DNA from: Octopus bimaculoides
Lineage: Eukaryota
Direction: 5' to 3'
Length of the DNA: 36,485 nt
Assembly: GCF_001194135.2 (NCBI RefSeq)
Contig: NC_068981.1
Location: 139,856,881 to 139,893,365, forward strand
Positions within the stretch are counted from its first letter, which is position 1. The number at the start of each line of letters is the position of its first letter. Shown here in pieces: positions 34,840-36,485 of the stretch. The position numbers and the translations under genes were made by a program. The notes below the pieces were generated by a model. It made no database searches, was not told the DNA's origin, and saw only the letters and a program-made list of their open reading frames with translations.

Positions 34840-35440
34840 TCGGATTGGCTTTTGGTGAAAGTGGGAGTTCGATACAGCTGCCCTCTTTTGAATTTATTAC
34901 TGTGATATAGGTTTATCTGAGACCTTTGACAGCAGGAGATCGAGTTGTTTTTTGAAAACATGTATTCGTATTCCATGAACATGCCTCAGATATTTAGGCA
35001 AAGTATTAAATAGCTGTGAGCCCTTGAATCTCAAGCTACTGCAGTGCATGTTCTTCATTCAAGACGGGATAGCCGAGACTTTTGGAGCAGCACAGTGACG
35101 TCCAGTTCGAGGGTTACTATAGCTCTTGATGCCAAAGTTTGGTGCTAACCCCTCCAGGATCTTACGTGCGTATACCACGGCATACCTCTCCCGTCTTCGC
35201 TCCAGGGAGTTCAGTCGGAGCTCTTTTAGTAGTTAAGCTGTTCTATTGATGCAATCTTTCAAGTGTACCACCGCTGAACTACCTAAAGTTCCACTATTAA
35301 TTTAACGCTGTCGGTTGACCACAGTTGAGAGCAGTAGTCGAGACAGCTCAGTACAAATGTCTTCCATAGAATCAGTGTAGTTTGCTGGTTCCTTGTCCTG
35401 AATATTCTCGGAATCCATCCGGTCATTTACTTGCACATTG
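34840..35440 (-). mobile_element. 3' fragment of a CR1-type LINE, truncated by the gap or microsatellite
   Basis: Minus-strand translation GWIPRIFRTRNQQTTLILWKTFVLSCLDYCSQLWS...ELRLNSLERRRERY is typical of the CR1 ORF2 C-terminus; in-frame stops. Confidence 0.85.
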
Positions 35441-35446
35441 CTATAG

Positions 35447-35478
<32 letters not shown>

Positions 35479-35483
35479 ATATA

Positions 35484-35766
35484 NNNNNNNNNNNNNNNNN
35501 NNNNNNNNNNNNNNNNNNNNNNNNNNNNNNNNNNNNNNNNNNNNNNNNNNNNNNNNNNNNNNNNNNNNNNNNNNNNNNNNNNNNNNNNNNNNNNNNNNNN
35601 NNNNNNNNNNNNNNNNNNNNNNNNNNNNNNNNNNNNNNNNNNNNNNNNNNNNNNNNNNNNNNNNNNNNNNNNNNNNNNNNNNNNNNNNNNNNNNNNNNNN
35701 NNNNNNNNNNNNNNNNNNNNNNNNNNNNNNNNNNNNNNNNNNNNNNNNNNNNNNNNNNNNNNNNNN
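35484..35766. other. Assembly gap (two 10-bp gaps also at 8168-8177 and 34634-34643)
   Basis: Runs of N flanked by (TA)n/(CA)n. Confidence 1.
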
Positions 35767-35803
<37 letters not shown>

Positions 35804-36383
35804 TTGAAGATATTTTCCCTTGGGCGAAAATCCACCAAATCGCGCCTCACATCAGTGTATATGGATTAGGTATGATACATAGATAACTATACATAGGTAC
35901 TCATGTACATATATACACCGTATTTTTATTGAGCCCGGCAGCTACTTGTAGTAGTATCAATGAGTGAATTATTCGCTGTTTCCTATATTTGACAAAGAAC
36001 AGATTTCCTTTTGAAACGTAGCTAGCAAAGAAACGCCATTGACAAGGCCCGAAAACGTCTAAATGTATCTGATGCATTCGCAAACCACTGAACAGACGGC
36101 TTTTGTCTCACTCTAATATATATTGTCTTTTTAATACAGCATGTCTTTGAAGAGTTTTTCTCTCACACGAAAATCCCTCTCATCATGTCTCCAAATAATG
36201 TACATAGGTTAAGTATGACCCATAAACTGTTATTTTAACTTCATGCTATTTCAGTTGCGTACATCTACATACAGTAATACATGCATACACACAAACAGAC
36301 ACATGTATAATCGTGGATATGCATGTGTATTTAAATAAATAATAGATATGTTTATTCATTTCTACATACATATACAAATATAG

Positions 36384-36421
<38 letters not shown>

Positions 36422-36485
36422 ACTTGGGGATGGTCATGTTGCCAGTTTAGCCAATAAAAACACACGCACTGTATATTTGGTGTTA

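Overview
AT-rich, microsatellite-dense, repeat-dominated eukaryotic DNA from a gapped draft assembly (six N-gaps). The SINE families and the (TA)/(CA)/(GATA)/(TAA) microsatellite load look like an octopus (cephalopod) genome; this is an inference from recalled repeat consensus, not a database result. There is no prokaryotic system, CRISPR array or intact long ORF, and nearly all long ORFs in the track come from microsatellites or gaps. Supported content: at least four tRNA-headed SINE families in many copies; an internally deleted mariner with TIRs and a TA TSD (20214-21093); a decayed, rearranged Tigger/pogo transposase (about 12490-13770); a 5'-truncated R4/Dong-type non-LTR retrotransposon ending in (TAA)n (about 27861-29850); a CR1 3' fragment; another decayed LINE; and a complete hAT MITE with a perfect 8-bp TSD. 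The most interesting non-repeat signal is a chain of small minus-strand candidate exons with good splice signals (14478-14512, 9463-9538, 7013-7080, 2034-2176, and an exon starting at 728). One encodes a signal-peptide-like N-terminus (MDKLALIKIMVFLVVLSKE), suggesting an unidentified secreted or membrane protein. A near-perfect 38-bp inverted repeat overlaps the branch-point region of one of these exons. The gene model is tentative and needs RNA-seq.
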